From Parasitella parasitica NRRL 2501 (Eukaryota > Fungi > Mucoromycota), in assembly GCA_025201805.1 (NCBI GenBank), contig MU619247.1, forward strand, positions 157,885 to 221,884: DNA of 64,000 nucleotides. The letters run 5' to 3'. The translations under genes and the position numbers were made by a program. Shown here one piece after another: positions 61,900-64,000 of this stretch. How positions within the stretch are numbered: the stretch's first letter is position 1; each line of letters starts with the position of its first letter. The notes beneath the pieces were generated by a model. The model was not told the origin of the DNA. It saw only the letters and a program-made list of their open reading frames with translations, and made no database searches.

Positions 61900-62429
61900 A
61901 TACTGGAAGTGGCGGTTCTTTTATTTTGCTGCCAATACATTTGAAGCCTTTAGCAATGTTAAGAGTTAATTTAGATTGCGAAAGGCATAGTGCATCTTCA
62001 TTGATGCTGTTAATTCAAACTTGCAAACATGCGAGTTGAGCCTATCAATAATTCTCTTTTTATAGTTTGCATATAGTCCCTCACGCAAAACGAGTTTATG
62101 AGTCTTCTTAAAATAAATGTGTTGGGGATGCAATCATACTCTACATAGACCATTCTCCCTTTACAATGTGAATGAATTGTTAAGATAAGTAATAGCTCCT
62201 TATTCGATAACCTCGAAAGGTCTCTCAACCGTTCTAGTTTGTTCAACCAAACTAAAAGGTTGATTTTGATTCGGCTATTTGTAGCAATACATTTCTTGTC
62301 ACTACGAGTACCGATAACCTGACCTAAAAAGTCCTTTAGGTCATTCAGAAATCAAGTGAAATTAAAAATCTTTATAGCTGGACCACCATAGTCGTTGGAT
62401 TCAGTAACGACGGAAGCAAAGGATGACAT
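61900..62429 (-). mobile_element. Degenerate retrotransposon Gag-like relic
   Basis: LVWLNKLERLRDLSRLSNKELLLILTIHSHCKGR..F...KREL fits a capsid-like Gag pattern; interrupted by stops and frameshifts. Confidence 0.35.
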
Positions 62430-64000
62430 GGTTTTGTGTATATATCTCTTTTCTGTATTTCTTTTTTATAGAGGGAGTGTAGCAAACTGATTTATGTTTC
62501 TTTAGCTAAACGTTCTGCTTCACCCACACCGCTTGATAAATCAATAAAAATTAGATATAGCAAATTTGAGGTAGGAGCGAGGGTTGAGTGCTATCAATAT
62601 TCCTGGACACATGACCCTTTCTACCAACCTCTGTTCAATTGTAGCACCTTGGCCAACTGAAAAAATCAATTACAATGACAGGTACCAAAAATCGAAAGAG
62701 TTCAGATGCAAATATTGAGTAGGGTTTGAGTGTTTTCTAAATAAAATCCTTTAACTTAGCAATGATGATTAGATTGTAAAAGATAGTTAATCGCCTATGC
62801 TTATTATATATATTGTCTTCAATCTTGTTGTACCATTACTTTAAATTCGCAGAATTAAGTTGTCAGTTCCTATGCAATTCGAATTGTTGTTGTATCTGTT
62901 GTATCCTGTTGAATAATAATGATGTATCGTTGACATAATAAGTAAAATAAAACAATAAACTAATAAACTAATAAATGGAACTTATTCTCATCCATCTTGT
63001 GGTCATGTTTTGATGTAACATGAAGATATAGAGGATATTGATAGAAGAAAGTAGGTTTTGCAAGGGTTTGGTAGTGTGAGAGTGTTGCTTGAGAGTTATA
63101 TGAATAACGATTATTTTCAAAGACGATTAAATAAAGAGGCTACAAGCGATTATATCACGGAGAACGTAGGGTCTTTATTAAAGATTGAAAAGGAAGCCAA
63201 GATTTCTCTGGTCCTGGTTTCTAAAAGTCTTTATACAATTCTTTGAATGTCAGTGTCAATATTGGAATTGAGATGAGATTCATCCTTCAGTGAATAGGCG
63301 AAAACCGACATTGCTGATAGTTTTTTGGTTGAATAGACTTATTTATGTTGCTATAGTGTTTGTCTTGAGAGTTTTTAATACAATCTCTAAGATCGTCCTA
63401 CATGAGCTGATAATAGCCTCAAGAACTTGTATGTTACATCCGCAAAATTGAGTGATCGATACGCATATATACAGCATATTTCTGATGAGTCCACGTCTAT
63501 ACGCTTCTCCGACTTTATCTAGTGTGTATCGTCTAATTCGCCTTGCATTAACTATCTCCTCCTTCATCATCATTCATATCTTCAATTAGTAGGCCCAATA
63601 TAATGTGTTCCCATTTATACTAGTGTGTTTTTAGCAATTCACGTGACTTAATATATAAAAAGATTTAAATATGTGACAATCTACCACAAAAATCATGAAA
63701 GCTCACTTAGCTCAGTTTAAGATTGAATTTTTATTAATAGTATCTAATGCATTAATCGATATGATCATAGGTTGCTATACTAAGAGAATCTATTACAATA
63801 AAAAAGTTTATAACTAGGATGTCAGATCCATTCAGGTATCATCGGGATGATAACAAGAAAGGAAATGCATGGTCGATCGTCGGAATAAACTTGAAAAAAG
63901 TTGTAATGTCAGGAAAAAGGAGTACGGGAAAAAAGATGAAGGAAGGCTGATAGAGAAGTTGTCGTGTATGATCACAGTGCAATAGAGGAGACCTCGACCG

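Noticed and set aside
63250-63600. Decayed coding-like or transposase-like stretch
   Set aside because: No diagnostic motif recognised.
63701-63730. tRNA-like 5' start gctcacttagctcagt
   Set aside because: No T-loop (GTTCRA) or complementary acceptor stem follows.
1-64000. CRISPR arrays, rRNA genes, TGA-CTA stop read-through to cryptic PTS1
   Set aside because: None seen; the stop contexts I checked lack the read-through motif.

Overview
Eukaryotic, intron-rich fungal DNA. AT-rich intergenic regions, short GT-AG introns, eEF3 and the transposon relics suggest Mucoromycota/Mucorales (inferred). About 17 protein genes can be supported: MAM33, a 62-aa microprotein, PRA1/Yip3, cytosolic AspRS, a CRAL-TRIO/BCH-RhoGAP, three tandem transporters (FucP-like, LctP-family lactate permease, ARN/Sit-type siderophore-iron transporter), eEF3, SPT2, VPS53, acyl-CoA oxidase, VPS8, SDA1, VDAC, QTRT1 and PEX5. 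There is also one orphan gene, a C2-domain pseudogene, and decayed mobile elements (LINE end, DIRS/tyrosine-recombinase relic, Gypsy-like relics, an internally deleted Helitron, a diverged ~660-bp direct-repeat pair). No tRNA, rRNA or CRISPR array was found. Best leads: (1) an intron-containing, prokaryote-type lactate permease next to a FucP-like permease, a possible sugar-in/lactate-out module; (2) four clustered ATCWGAT iron-repressor boxes upstream of the siderophore transporter; (3) a PTS2 signal on the acyl-CoA oxidase, plus a divergent PEX5 with an Asn->Ser change in the PTS1 pocket and a GC-AG intron; (4) a microprotein ending in DVSRSGGGI. All family calls come from motif recognition by eye; no searches were run, and exon boundaries were set manually.
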